Source: Candidatus Saccharimonadota bacterium
GTDB lineage: Bacteria > Patescibacteriota > Saccharimonadia > Saccharimonadales > Saccharimonadaceae
Length of the DNA stretch: 32,000 nt
Direction: 5' to 3'
NCBI GenBank assembly: GCA_000503915.1
Contig: CP006915.1
Span: forward strand, 150,001 to 182,000
Part shown: positions 1-9,504 of the stretch, piece by piece
Layout of the letters: each line of letters opens with the position of its first letter
Numbering within the stretch: position 1 is the first letter of the stretch
Translations under genes and position numbers: made by a program
Notes under the pieces: generated by a model
Databases searched by the model: none
Seen by the model: the letters and a program-made list of their open reading frames with translations, nothing else
What the model was told of the DNA's origin: nothing

Positions 1-3
1 TCG

Positions 4-1236
4 ATGGCCTCATTTAGCTATGTTGCCTTAAACTCTGGCGGTGAACGAATACAAGGCACGCTTGAGGCGCCCGAGCGAGGTGCGGTTCTCAAAGGCTTGA
101 CCGACCAAGGGCTCAGACCACTTAGCATCAAAGAGGTAGCTACGAGAGGCCTCCCGACGATTAGCTTTGGCAAATTCTTAAGTAGCGGCAAAGTAAAAAA
201 TGATGTCATCGTGATCTTTACCCGCGAGCTGAGTGCCATGGTAGGCGCCGGCGTTCCCTTGCTACGCGCACTCAACTCTTTACGCGAACACACCGAGAGT
301 CAAAACCTGAAGCGCGTCCTGGAAGGCATCGTCAAAGACGTCGAAGCCGGTGCACCACTCGGTGAAGCGATGAGTAAGCACCCCAAGGTATTCAGTGACG
401 TCTACGTCAACATGGTGCGGGCCGGGGAAGCAGCTGGTATCCTGGATGATATCTTAAAACGTATCGCACTCCAGCAGGAAAAGAATGCCACCATCCGTAA
501 ACGTATCAAGAGCGCCATGGCCTACCCGACCGTGTTGATCGGCATCACTGTGCTAGCCTTTTTCGGCCTGATGCTTTTTGTCATCCCACAGATCGGCAAT
601 ATCATCACCGACCTCGGTGGTCCTGACGCTGAATTGCCACTTCTAACTCAGATCATGCTCGGTATCAGTCATGGCGTCATCAGTTTTTGGTATATCATCT
701 TTCCTACCTTGATCGGCGGTGTCATCTTTTTGATCCGCTACCTCCAAACGGAAAACGGTAAGGCGCAGCTGCACCACTTCTCACTACGTGTACCAGGTGT
801 CAAAACAATCATTACCAAAGTTGCCGTCGCCCGTTTTTCCCGTACTTTTTCGGCTCTTATCGGAGCTGGTGTGCCGGTACTTGAAGCGCTCGATGTGACT
901 GCCCATGCCGTGGGAAATGTTGTCTATCGTGATGCACTCATGGAGGCGGGTGAAGCAGTCAAAGAAGGCGCCGCACTTTCATCGGTCATTGAGAAAAATG
1001 ACCTGTTTCCGGCTATCGTGCCACAGATGCTTTCGGTGGGTGAGGAAACAGGGCAGACCGACACCGTGCTTATCAAAGTGGCCGAATTTTACGAAGAAGA
1101 AGTAGACGTGGCAATTGAAGGGCTGAGTTCGATCATCGAGCCGGTCATGATCGTCTTTATGGGATCGATGGTCGGTCTGATCGCCGCCAGTGTTATGCTG
1201 CCGATTGCCAGCCTGTCACAAAGCATTAAAGGCTAG
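4..1236 (+). CDS. pilC: Type IV pilus assembly platform protein PilC (GspF / T2SS-F family)
   Basis: 410-aa ORF with ATG at 4. Two GspF-type repeats (GAGVPLLRALN / GAGVPVLEALD) with TM helices. Followed by pilM/N/O-like genes. Confidence 0.92.
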   Translation: MASFSYVALNSGGERIQGTLEAPERGAVLKGLTDQGLRPLSIKEVATRGLPTISFGKFLSSGKVKNDVIVIFTRELSAMVGAGVPLLRALNSLREHTESQNLKRVLEGIVKDVEAGAPLGEAMSKHPKVFSDVYVNMVRAGEAAGILDDILKRIALQQEKNATIRKRIKSAMAYPTVLIGITVLAFFGLMLFVIPQIGNIITDLGGPDAELPLLTQIMLGISHGVISFWYIIFPTLIGGVIFLIRYLQTENGKAQLHHFSLRVPGVKTIITKVAVARFSRTFSALIGAGVPVLEALDVTAHAVGNVVYRDALMEAGEAVKEGAALSSVIEKNDLFPAIVPQMLSVGEETGQTDTVLIKVAEFYEEEVDVAIEGLSSIIEPVMIVFMGSMVGLIAASVMLPIASLSQSIKG

Positions 1237-1308
1237 GGCAATGCGGCGTGCATTTTCCAAACCGCTCATGTATACTGAGAAGTAAGAAATTAGTGGGCAA
1301 TACTACCG

Positions 1309-2361
1309 GTGGCAAAATTATTTTATAAAGACAAACCCATAATCGGACTCGACATCAGCCAAACCGGCATGAAGGTCATGTCGGTCGATGTAAAAAAGTG
1401 GCTGGTGACTGGCTATGGCTCGATCGATTTAGACCCCGTGAAAGTTCAACAGTCGCTCGATGGTGACGGTAATTATCTGATCAACAGCCTCCGGTCGTTA
1501 CTCCATGGGAATCTAGTCGGCACACTAGCCAGCCACCATGTTGTCCTCGGTATTCCAGCCGCCCGCACATTCACCCGCACATTCACTCTCCCACCAAGTT
1601 CAGAGAAAAACCTCAAAGATGCGGTGGAGCTGGAAGTTGACCAGTACATCCCAGTGCCCCTGGCAGCTCTCTATGTCGACTACGAAGTGATCGAGCGGAC
1701 AAAGGATCAGCTGACCGTACTGATGTGCGCCGTTCCGCAGACCGTTGTGGCGACATATACCGCTCTGGTTCATGAAGCAGGACTGCGTGTCTGTATGGTC
1801 GAGACCAGCGCCAGTGCGGTTGCACGGCTGCTTGAGGCGACCGAAGAAGGACACTTGCCAACCGTTATTGTTGATATTGGTCCCGCTACCACCGATATTG
1901 CAATCCTCGATGGCTCAATTCGTATCACTGGCTCGCTCAGTATTGGTGGCAATACTTTCACGCTTGATATCGCCAAAAAGCTTCATGTCCCACTAGAGAA
2001 CGCCCACCAGCTCAAGGTATTGAATGGACTCAATGCCGGTAGCCGACAGCTAAAGATTACCAATGCACTCAAACCAAGCCTTGACCGTATCATCTCAGAA
2101 ACCCGTAGGGTTATCCGTTATTACGACGAGCGTATCGACAACCACCGCAAGCTGGAACAGGTACTGGTGGTCGGTGGTGGTGCCAACGTACCTGGGATCG
2201 GTGATTACTTCACGAATGAGCTTGTAATGCCGGCTCGTGTCGCAAGTCCATGGCAGCAACTCAACTTTGGTAAACTACCTCAGCCTGCCAAACAATTCCG
2301 CCCACGATATATTACCGTTGCTGGTTTGGCGAGCGTTGACCCGAAAAGGATATGGAAATGA
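1309..2361 (+). CDS. pilM: Type IV pilus assembly ATPase-fold protein PilM
   Basis: 350 aa with a GTG start. Actin/FtsA-like N-terminus (IIGLDISQTGMKVMSVD) and VVGGGANVPGI near the C-terminus. Its stop overlaps the pilN start (ATGA). Confidence 0.85.
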   Translation: MAKLFYKDKPIIGLDISQTGMKVMSVDVKKWLVTGYGSIDLDPVKVQQSLDGDGNYLINSLRSLLHGNLVGTLASHHVVLGIPAARTFTRTFTLPPSSEKNLKDAVELEVDQYIPVPLAALYVDYEVIERTKDQLTVLMCAVPQTVVATYTALVHEAGLRVCMVETSASAVARLLEATEEGHLPTVIVDIGPATTDIAILDGSIRITGSLSIGGNTFTLDIAKKLHVPLENAHQLKVLNGLNAGSRQLKITNALKPSLDRIISETRRVIRYYDERIDNHRKLEQVLVVGGGANVPGIGDYFTNELVMPARVASPWQQLNFGKLPQPAKQFRPRYITVAGLASVDPKRIWK

Positions 2362-2912
2362 TCAATCTTCTGGCACCCGAAGAAAAACGCGAAATCCAAG
2401 CCGCCCGTACAAATATTTTATTGGTTCGCTATATTCTTCTCCTGGTCATCGCTGCTGCCTTCCTGGCAGCTTCGCTCGGTGTCGCCTTTTACTACCTGCA
2501 GACAATCCGGGCAAATGCCGAGACAACAATCAGCCAGAATACCGAGAAAGAGGGCACCTACAAAAACGTCAAGTCGAGAGCTGAATCATTCCAGAATACT
2601 ATTACTAACTCGAAGGCCGTCCTCGATGGACAAATTGACTACAGCAAGGTGATACTCAATATTTCTCGTCGCATGCCAAATGGAAGCGCGCTCGAGAGCC
2701 TAAAGCTTGATAAATCGAGCTTCTCTTCTCCGCTCAGTCTTTCCGTCAAGCTCAAAGGCGAAGAAGCCGCGCAACGATTGCTTTCCAATTTCAAATCCGC
2801 ACCATTTGTCACGAATGTAACCAAGGGGGCAATCAGCCTCAGTAGCGACAAGAGCTACCCGTACTCCATGCAGCTTAACATCACGCTCAACAAAGAGGCG
2901 GCACAACGATGA
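2358..2912 (+). CDS. pilN: PilN-like fimbrial assembly protein
   Basis: N-terminus MINLLAPEE... followed by a single TM helix. ATG 2358 overlaps the pilM stop as ATGA, with AGGA 7 nt upstream. The ORF track starts two codons earlier, at 2352. Confidence 0.7.
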   Translation: MINLLAPEEKREIQAARTNILLVRYILLLVIAAAFLAASLGVAFYYLQTIRANAETTISQNTEKEGTYKNVKSRAESFQNTITNSKAVLDGQIDYSKVILNISRRMPNGSALESLKLDKSSFSSPLSLSVKLKGEEAAQRLLSNFKSAPFVTNVTKGAISLSSDKSYPYSMQLNITLNKEAAQR

Positions 2913-3538
2913 TACGAGATAAAGTCCCTTCTCGGTTTACTGCAGCCACCTTCCGTATGGTACTTGCGACCGGTGTCGTCCTCTTAATCATCGGCATAGC
3001 TGCTGGCTACGGCTTCGGTATCAAACTGCTCCATGAATACGCCATAGAAGTCAGCCACAAAAAAGTCGACGCACTTGCCAGCAACAGTAATATACAAACA
3101 CTCCAAAAGCTCGACCAGCAGCTAACAAGCTATAAAGACGCTCTGCAAAAAGCCGAATCGCTCAAAATAAGCGGCGAGTTCCCTGAGTTTCGTATTGTCG
3201 AAGAAGTCCAATCAGTCGCAAAGCAGAACGGTATTGGCATCTCTAGCTATAATTATGGCGGTGCCGGTGACACTACGACTGCCGACACGGGCATCTCTAC
3301 CACCACTCCCGGTGCTGCTCCCGTCGCAGGTTCGACACAAAGCACGAGCGACAAGATCTCCCTTACTGTCAATCTAGTCAGTCCCGTCAGCTACAAGAAT
3401 CTGCTGCAATTCCTTTACGATGTTGAGCACCATATTCCAAAAATGGAGCTTGACGGTATCAGTATCTCGCCGGCAGGTGCAGGAAATGACATGGTTTCAG
3501 TTCAAGCGGTTTCAATTCAAATGTATGCAAGGAAATAG
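2909..3538 (+). CDS. pilO: PilO-like pilus assembly protein (N-terminal TM helix plus coiled coil)
   Basis: 209 aa with an ATGA overlap on pilN. One TM helix, a helical region (LQKLDQQLTSYKDALQKAESL) and a T/S/A-rich linker. The call rests mainly on gene position and architecture. Confidence 0.5.
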   Translation: MIRDKVPSRFTAATFRMVLATGVVLLIIGIAAGYGFGIKLLHEYAIEVSHKKVDALASNSNIQTLQKLDQQLTSYKDALQKAESLKISGEFPEFRIVEEVQSVAKQNGIGISSYNYGGAGDTTTADTGISTTTPGAAPVAGSTQSTSDKISLTVNLVSPVSYKNLLQFLYDVEHHIPKMELDGISISPAGAGNDMVSVQAVSIQMYARK

Positions 3539-3547
3539 GGTAGATCT

Positions 3548-3826
3548 ATGGAAATATCACTGCCGGTCATTAAAGAAGAAGTAGCGCGCTTTTTAGGCCG
3601 TTATCACTACCTGATTTTCTTCGTATTTATCGTCAGTGGTCTCAGCGTCGCAATATTCGTCCTCAACCAAACCATTATCGCATCCGACGACGCGGACGGA
3701 TACACATCTACTACCAATACTGTCCAGCTCGACACAGCAACAGTCAATAAACTGCGTGAGTTACGCAGCGATGATGAGACAAGCAGCCAACTAGATTTTG
3801 GTAGTGGTCGAATCAGTCCGTTTTAA
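3548..3826 (+). CDS. Small single-pass membrane protein of the pil operon
   Basis: 92-aa ORF with one hydrophobic helix (YLIFFVFIVSGLSVAIFVL), lying 9 nt after the pilO-like stop. No family recognised. Confidence 0.5.
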   Translation: MEISLPVIKEEVARFLGRYHYLIFFVFIVSGLSVAIFVLNQTIIASDDADGYTSTTNTVQLDTATVNKLRELRSDDETSSQLDFGSGRISPF

Positions 3827-3852
3827 GCATAGGCAGTACGACATTGACGGTT

Positions 3853-3858
3853 TATAAT
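3853..3858 (+). promoter_or_regulatory. -10 box TATAAT 6 nt upstream of ATG 3865 (leaderless-type)
   Basis: Sequence reads tttaTAATgaaactATG. No Shine-Dalgarno is possible in a 6-nt gap. Confidence 0.45.
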
Positions 3859-3864
3859 GAAACT

Positions 3865-4440
3865 ATGCTCCTCTCTTTTGATCGATTTTTAAAACAACCC
3901 GTCATGAGTCTGCAGACTGGCGCCGAACTGGCGCGTACAAAGGATATATTGGTCGATCCGCGGAATCTCACCGTCGTTGCCTACGAGCTCGATGGTACTA
4001 TGCTTGATGAGCGTCCCTCATTCCTACGTGTTACCGATGTCCGCGAAATCAGCAACCTCGGTATTATTGTCGACAGTAGCGAAGAATTCGTCGGCCTCGA
4101 CGATGTTATTAAGCTCAAGGAAGTTTACGATTTCGGCTTCAATCTGCTCGGTCTTGCTGTCGTTGACGACAAAGAGCACAAGCTCGGCAAGATCACTGGC
4201 TACAACCTCGATGGCGATAGTTTCACAGTTGCCCAGCTTGTGGTGCGTCGCCCCCTCCTCAAGAGCCTCAACGAAACCGACCTATTAATTCATCGTACCC
4301 AAATCGTCGAGGTCAATAATGAGCGTATCGTTGTGAAATCGGCGAGCGACAAGTCAGTCGTTAAAGAATCGATCCGTGAATACGCCAATCCTTTTCGTGC
4401 TTCGCAGCGTGCCCAGCCGGAAGCGATTGAGCAACGCTAG
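3865..4440 (+). CDS. PRC-barrel-like domain protein (two repeats)
   Basis: ORF track gives a TTG start at 3844. I prefer the in-frame ATG 3865, which lies directly behind TATAAT. The sequence MSLQTGAELARTKDILVDPRNLTVVAYELDG and a second similar half resemble PRC-barrel / YlmC-type domains. Confidence 0.55.
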   Translation: MLLSFDRFLKQPVMSLQTGAELARTKDILVDPRNLTVVAYELDGTMLDERPSFLRVTDVREISNLGIIVDSSEEFVGLDDVIKLKEVYDFGFNLLGLAVVDDKEHKLGKITGYNLDGDSFTVAQLVVRRPLLKSLNETDLLIHRTQIVEVNNERIVVKSASDKSVVKESIREYANPFRASQRAQPEAIEQR

Positions 4441-5078
4441 TATGTTAGCGCCTGTTTGATGTCATCGTAGCGGAAGCCTTGGCGCGCGAGATATTGCATC
4501 AATTTCTCATCATCGTACTTATTACGTTTTTTAGCGATAATTTTTTGCAGCTCTTCCTCATCAGAACGCTCTGAGTTTTCAAGCGCCGTGTCGATAATAT
4601 CCTGTGCTACTCCCTTAGCGCGTAGCTCAGCCGTCAGTTTACGTCGGCTTGTGCCTTTGGCCTGATTGCGGTTTTCCACCCAGAAGCGGGTAAATTTTTC
4701 ATCGTCGATGTAACCCTTTTCCAGTAGCCGTGCATAGACGCGATCAGTGATCGCTTGGCTAGCACCTTCTCTCACGACAATTTCACCGGTCTTTTGATTG
4801 CGGCGCTTCGTATCACGTGTTTTGCGCCACAAGTAGTCGCGAATTTCTTTGGCCGAATGCGGCCGCATCAGCGTATATTCAAGTGCTCGTCCGTAGAGTT
4901 TGCCGAATTGACTTTCAGTCTCAAATGTAGCCAACTCTTCGTCGGAATAATCATTGCCGACCTTGATGCCCAGCTCGCCCACCTGAAAAACATCAAGCGA
5001 AAAGCGATACTTGCCGTCGACCGAGATATTGACGCGGTCTTTGTTTTTTGCCTGAATTGATATATCAGTAATCTTCAT
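4437..5078 (-). CDS. recX: RecA regulator RecX
   Basis: 213 aa with a RecX-like N-terminal region (ALEYTLMRPHSAKEIRDYL), basic and helical throughout. Its start overlaps the upstream stop (TAATG). Last gene of the recA operon. Confidence 0.85.
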   Translation of the reverse strand: MKITDISIQAKNKDRVNISVDGKYRFSLDVFQVGELGIKVGNDYSDEELATFETESQFGKLYGRALEYTLMRPHSAKEIRDYLWRKTRDTKRRNQKTGEIVVREGASQAITDRVYARLLEKGYIDDEKFTRFWVENRNQAKGTSRRKLTAELRAKGVAQDIIDTALENSERSDEEELQKIIAKKRNKYDDEKLMQYLARQGFRYDDIKQALTY

Positions 5079-5551
5079 TAGCTCAAGACTTCAATGACCT
5101 TACCAAACTTACCGTTGTGGCACAGGTGAAGGCTAAACTCATATGCTCCATTGACAGCCGCAAGGTCTTTCAGCGGCGAGAAGCTAACACCTTCGAGAGA
5201 TTCTTTGGTGATGCACCCTAGTGTAAGATGTGGAAAATATAGTTTCCCAGACCTTACGGCATCATCACTTATATATTCAGCTCGTAATTTAACCAATTCA
5301 TCAGTTAATTCAACCCTTAGCCCTACCCAGACTCGGTCTTTCTGATCGACATCGCAGTAAAACCCTCTAATGTGAATTAGATACTTATTACCGCTGGGCG
5401 AAAACTGAATATCTTGAACATCATTTCCAGCCCAGCACAGAGTCACATGTGGTATATATTCCCCAAAATTCAGCCTTAAGTCTTCTGAAAGTGTTCGAGC
5501 CTTATTTGCAAGTACTTCCGGCGGGATAAGACTTAACGAGTAATCCTGCAC
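5078..5551 (-). CDS. 2H phosphoesterase superfamily protein (LigT/ThpR-like RNA 2',3'-cyclic phosphodiesterase)
   Basis: Two H-x-T-x motifs (IPHVTLCW and FPHLTLGC) about 70 aa apart in a roughly 160-aa protein. The ORF track start (TTG 5596) overlaps recA by 44 nt. GTG 5551 lies 1 nt after the recA stop and is preferred. Confidence 0.62.
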   Translation of the reverse strand: MQDYSLSLIPPEVLANKARTLSEDLRLNFGEYIPHVTLCWAGNDVQDIQFSPSGNKYLIHIRGFYCDVDQKDRVWVGLRVELTDELVKLRAEYISDDAVRSGKLYFPHLTLGCITKESLEGVSFSPLKDLAAVNGAYEFSLHLCHNGKFGKVIEVLS

Positions 5552-5552
5552 A

Positions 5553-6590
5553 TCATGCCTCGGCTTCGGCGACTTTTGTGCGAACGGTCTTTTCAATCTC
5601 GTCGAGCACTTTTGGATTTTCTTTTAGGTACTTCTTGACGGCTTCTCGGCCTTGCCCGATTTTTTCTTCTTTGTAGTCAAACCACGCGCCTGATTTACCT
5701 ACTATTTCGTGCTGGACGGCTAGGTCGAGGACGTCGCCGGTTTTAGAGATGCCCTCATTGTACATGATGTCAAATTCGGCGAGCCTAAATGGCGGCGCAA
5801 TCTTATTCTTGACCACCTTCACTTTGGTGCGGTTGCCTATAATCTCCTCGCCAATCTTCAGCTGTCCGATACGGCGAATATCGAGACGAACCGAAGCGTA
5901 GAACTTCAGTGCGTTACCACCAGTCGTGGTCTCCGGGTTACCAAACATCACGCCGATTTTCATACGGATCTGGTTGATGAAGATAACGGTGGCCTTACTC
6001 TTGTTGATAATACCGGTCAACTTGCGCAGCGCCTGGCTCATTAAACGAGCTTGGAGCCCCATGTGACTGTCGCCCATATCACCATCAATTTCAGCCTGTG
6101 GCACGAGTGCTGCGACCGAGTCGATGACGATCAAATCAACCGCATTGGAGCGTACCAGCGTCTCAGCGATCTCGAGCGCCTGCTCACCGTTGTCTGGCTG
6201 CGAAACAAGCAGATTGTCCGTGTCGACCCCCAGCTTCTTCGCATAGTTCGGATCAAGCGCATGCTCGGCGTCGATAAAGGCCGCTGTGCCACCTTGCTTC
6301 TGGATCTCAGCGATAGCGTGTAGTGTCAGCGTTGTTTTACCGCTTGATTCGGGGCCATAGACCTCAATAATACGACCTTTCGGATAGCCGCCGCCAAGCG
6401 CGATATCGAGGCTGAGTGCGCCACTCGGGAGTAGTTCCACATTCGCCCGCTTTTGGTCGCCGAGTTTCATAATCGAGCCATCGCCAAACTGCTTGGTGAT
6501 CTGATCCATCGCCAGGCCAAGTGCTTTCATCTTGCCTTCATTGTCTGGTTTTTCAGTTGAAACAGCCGGTTTCTCTGCCTTTTTCGCCAT
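5553..6590 (-). CDS. recA: Recombinase RecA
   Basis: 345 aa with Walker [11 protein letters not shown] and canonical RecA sequence throughout. GAGGG Shine-Dalgarno-like element upstream. Confidence 0.98.
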   Translation of the reverse strand: MAKKAEKPAVSTEKPDNEGKMKALGLAMDQITKQFGDGSIMKLGDQKRANVELLPSGALSLDIALGGGYPKGRIIEVYGPESSGKTTLTLHAIAEIQKQGGTAAFIDAEHALDPNYAKKLGVDTDNLLVSQPDNGEQALEIAETLVRSNAVDLIVIDSVAALVPQAEIDGDMGDSHMGLQARLMSQALRKLTGIINKSKATVIFINQIRMKIGVMFGNPETTTGGNALKFYASVRLDIRRIGQLKIGEEIIGNRTKVKVVKNKIAPPFRLAEFDIMYNEGISKTGDVLDLAVQHEIVGKSGAWFDYKEEKIGQGREAVKKYLKENPKVLDEIEKTVRTKVAEAEA

Positions 6591-6726
6591 TACTAATTCC
6601 CTCTCTTTCTCTTCACGTCTTATTGTACAATCTATCGGTAAAATATACCAATATCACCTCTTTGGTCGATTCTCGGCACTCCGTCATTCAGAAAAAGTAT
6701 ACAGGCTCATTTTTCTTGTCTCCTCA

Positions 6727-6735
6727 TGCTATACT
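6727..6735 (+). promoter_or_regulatory. Extended -10 TGcTATACT, 7 nt upstream of ATG 6743
   Basis: Sequence reads caTGcTATACTaaaagtaATG. It shares the TATACTAAAG motif with the promoters at 13055, 19153 and 26948. Confidence 0.5.
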
Positions 6736-6742
6736 AAAAGTA

Positions 6743-7132
6743 ATGAAACGACGTGGGTTTACCGTTATCGAGCTGCTAGTTGCGATCGTTCTGCTGACCA
6801 TTATCGGCACGGTTTTTTGGTACCAGAAGAACAATATCGAGGTAGCTGGTCGTGACGATAAGCGGAAAATTGCCGTCAATGCTATGTACTACGGTCTTGA
6901 GGAAGTTTACTACAAGCAGCACGGCTACTACCCACAGAAAGTCGAGAAGAATACGCTTGCTTCTGTCGATAATTCCCTTTTAAAAGATCCTCGTGGCACC
7001 ACGATCGGTTCAGCGGATTCAGACTATCGCTACGAGGCGAAAAACTGTACCGATACAAAATGTAAAAGCTATACGCTCCGTACAATCCTCGAAAACGAAG
7101 CGGACTACGTCAAAAATAGCCGCCACCAATAA
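6743..7132 (+). CDS. Prepilin-type N-terminal cleavage/methylation domain protein (minor pilin-like)
   Basis: MKRRG|FTVIELLVAIVLL... gives a class III signal with Glu5 in a 129-aa protein. The longer ORF-track start (6521) lacks support. Confidence 0.8.
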   Translation: MKRRGFTVIELLVAIVLLTIIGTVFWYQKNNIEVAGRDDKRKIAVNAMYYGLEEVYYKQHGYYPQKVEKNTLASVDNSLLKDPRGTTIGSADSDYRYEAKNCTDTKCKSYTLRTILENEADYVKNSRHQ

Positions 7133-7140
7133 GACATTCT

Positions 7141-7893
7141 CTAGGTTTCGTACGGGTCAATCGGTCGGCCGTTTTTGAATGACTCAATCGCGTTATTGAT
7201 AACTGCAATTTGCTTGCTCGGGTCGGCAACAAACCGGAAACGATAGGTGGTCTCTTCGCCTTCCGTACTGAGCCTGACCAGTCCATAGTTGAACATCATT
7301 TGGATGATACCGTGCTGTTTGAAGCTGGCGTCTTCGATACTGCCGAGACTGACGGTTTGCTCGTGCTTTGAAAACAAGCTGTATTGGATCCGCTGAATAA
7401 CACTCTCGTTAGTCAGAATCAGGTGATTCTGCAAATATACCCAAACGGCTACCAAGCCACCAATCCCGACCAGTGCCATGACAAGCAGTACAGGTAAGAG
7501 AATAATACTATACGGCAAGACATTGAAGCCAAGCGCCGTCGTACCTTCGGCCGGATAATACAAAAGTAACCCGATCAGAAGTGCCAGCAAAAAGCCGGTT
7601 ACTGCTACCGGGATGAAAAGTCCGATCGGATGGCGCCTGATATCCAGGATGATAAATTCATTCTCGCTAAGGTTTAGCTCGGGATAATGACGCTTTGACT
7701 CTTCGTAGCGCCGCGCTACCTCGTCACTATGACCGCTGTCTTTACGCGTCGTGTGAACGACGTGGGGTTCATTCGCGAGTTCAACTCGGATACGTGGATC
7801 AAAGTTTTCGCCCGGGATTGACTCTGGTGCAGCCGTAACATGCGACTTCGTATCTTTCCAGCGTCCTGATTGGTTATTGGTATCATTTTCCAT
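7141..7893 (-). CDS. Membrane protein with bacterial PH (YdbS/YdbT-like, bPH_2) domain
   Basis: NEFIILDIRRHPIGLF is followed by two TM helices and then a C-terminal beta-rich domain, the typical bPH_2 layout. Confidence 0.6.
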   Translation of the reverse strand: MENDTNNQSGRWKDTKSHVTAAPESIPGENFDPRIRVELANEPHVVHTTRKDSGHSDEVARRYEESKRHYPELNLSENEFIILDIRRHPIGLFIPVAVTGFLLALLIGLLLYYPAEGTTALGFNVLPYSIILLPVLLVMALVGIGGLVAVWVYLQNHLILTNESVIQRIQYSLFSKHEQTVSLGSIEDASFKQHGIIQMMFNYGLVRLSTEGEETTYRFRFVADPSKQIAVINNAIESFKNGRPIDPYET

Positions 7894-7906
7894 AGCTTCT
7901 AGTATA

Positions 7907-8911
7907 TCAAGCCTTCCCGCCGACGTGCTTGTGTGCTTTATCAGTCACCTTACGGCCGCGCGGTGTGCGCTCGATGAAACCGATTTGCATTAGATACGGC
8001 TCGTAAAAATCTTCGATTGTTGAAGCCTCGTCACCAGTAAGGGCGGCGATGGTGTTTAACCCGACCGGGTTAGAGCCATAGTTGTCGATGATACTACGCA
8101 GCATTTGCCGGTCGGCCGGATCAAGGCCAAGCTCATCGATTTCCATCATCTCCAGCGCCTGGTGGGTGATCTTCGTATCAATAATTCCATCACCATTGAC
8201 ATCGGCGTAGTCACGTACGCGTTTTAAGAGTCGGTTGGCAATACGTGGCGTCAGCCGCGCTCGTGTCGATAGCAGTGTCGCCGATTCTGGATGGATTTTC
8301 GTGCTTAGGATAGTGGCGGCTCGTCGGATGATTTGGGCGATTTCTTCCGGTGTATAAAACTCCAACCGATACAGGTGACCGAAACGATCGCGTAGTGGTG
8401 CCGCCAGACTGCCGGTTCGTGTGGTCGCGCCGATAACGGTAAACTTTGGCAAATCCAGCCGCACACTGCGAGCTGCCGGACCTTTGCCAATGACAATGTC
8501 GAGCTTAAAGTCTTCCATCGCGCTATAGAGCACCTCTTCAACGGCTCGACTGAGGCGATGAATTTCGTCGATAAACAGAATGTCGCCGTCGGCCAGGTTG
8601 GTAAGAATACTCGCTAGGTCGCCGGCGCGTTCAATCGCCGGCCCACTCGTGACCCGGAAACTGACACCCATCTCATTAGCGATCACATTAGCCATCGTCG
8701 TCTTGCCAAGTCCCGGTGGACCGTATAGTAATACATGGTCGATCGGTTCGCCGCGCTTTTTGGCCGCTTCGATCGCGAGCTTCAGGTTTTTTTTCAGTCG
8801 TTCCTGCCCAACATATTCATCAAAGCGTTGCGGCCTAAGTGTTACTTCGATAATCTGCTCGTCAACATCACCGTCGCGTAGACTTGTGTCAATAATTCTA
8901 TCGATCGCCAT
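7907..8911 (-). CDS. ruvB: Holliday junction branch migration helicase RuvB
   Basis: 334 aa with Walker [10 protein letters not shown], the motif DEIHRL and full-length RuvB similarity. Starts 1 nt after the ruvA stop. Confidence 0.97.
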   Translation of the reverse strand: MAIDRIIDTSLRDGDVDEQIIEVTLRPQRFDEYVGQERLKKNLKLAIEAAKKRGEPIDHVLLYGPPGLGKTTMANVIANEMGVSFRVTSGPAIERAGDLASILTNLADGDILFIDEIHRLSRAVEEVLYSAMEDFKLDIVIGKGPAARSVRLDLPKFTVIGATTRTGSLAAPLRDRFGHLYRLEFYTPEEIAQIIRRAATILSTKIHPESATLLSTRARLTPRIANRLLKRVRDYADVNGDGIIDTKITHQALEMMEIDELGLDPADRQMLRSIIDNYGSNPVGLNTIAALTGDEASTIEDFYEPYLMQIGFIERTPRGRKVTDKAHKHVGGKA

Positions 8912-8912
8912 T

Positions 8913-9485
8913 TTAGCCTCTCAACGCCTTTGCCACACGCTGGCTCGTCGACAAGCTGCTATCGATTCCTTCGAGCGCCTTCGTTGCGTCACCTAGCGTG
9001 TATCCCAATGCCATCAACGCTTCGAGCGCTTCATCGCTAGTGTTCAGCTCAGTCTGGATAGGTACGCCCGTGTCGTAGTGTGTCGGCAAACCGACCTTAT
9101 CAGCGAGATCAACGACGACTCGTTCAGCCGTCTTTTTACCAACACCACTTGCCCCTGCCACAAAAGCGCTATCACTATGAGCAATGGCGTTTCGCACTTG
9201 CTCGGCTGTGCCGAGACTGAGAATTGCCAGCGCAGCCTTCGGCCCAATGCCCTGCACGGTGATTAGCATTTCAAACAGCTTCTTAGCGGCGAGTGAAGAA
9301 AAACCAAACAGCTCCTGCGACTGTTCGCGTACATGATGATAGGTATATAGTTTTACCGTCTCACTTAGTAGTGCCGCCTCATAGTCTCCAAGCGGCACTT
9401 GTACTTCATAGCCAACTCCCCCAACATCAACGATGATGGAGTTTGCAAATTTTTCGGCAACGATTCCAGAAACATGGGCAATCAT
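8913..9485 (-). CDS. ruvA: Holliday junction DNA-binding protein RuvA
   Basis: 190 aa with MIAHVSGIV... and GVGYEV, plus the HhH region [13 protein letters not shown]. Confidence 0.93.
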   Translation of the reverse strand: MIAHVSGIVAEKFANSIIVDVGGVGYEVQVPLGDYEAALLSETVKLYTYHHVREQSQELFGFSSLAAKKLFEMLITVQGIGPKAALAILSLGTAEQVRNAIAHSDSAFVAGASGVGKKTAERVVVDLADKVGLPTHYDTGVPIQTELNTSDEALEALMALGYTLGDATKALEGIDSSLSTSQRVAKALRG

Positions 9486-9504
9486 TTACGTCTATTATCT
9501 CATA

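Noticed and set aside
6622-6631. Perfect 10-bp palindrome ATTGTACAAT upstream of recA, considered as a possible LexA/SOS box
   Set aside because: It does not match the SOS-box consensuses I know (CTGT-N8-ACAG; GAAC-N4-GTTC types). It overlaps a plausible TACAAT -10 box, so it is more simply a promoter element. It cannot be assigned without a lexA gene or further sites.
6521-6742. N-terminal 74-codon extension of the pilin-like ORF
   Set aside because: The extension runs through the recA promoter region. The prepilin signal MKRRG|FTVIE begins at ATG 6743, directly behind an extended -10 box.
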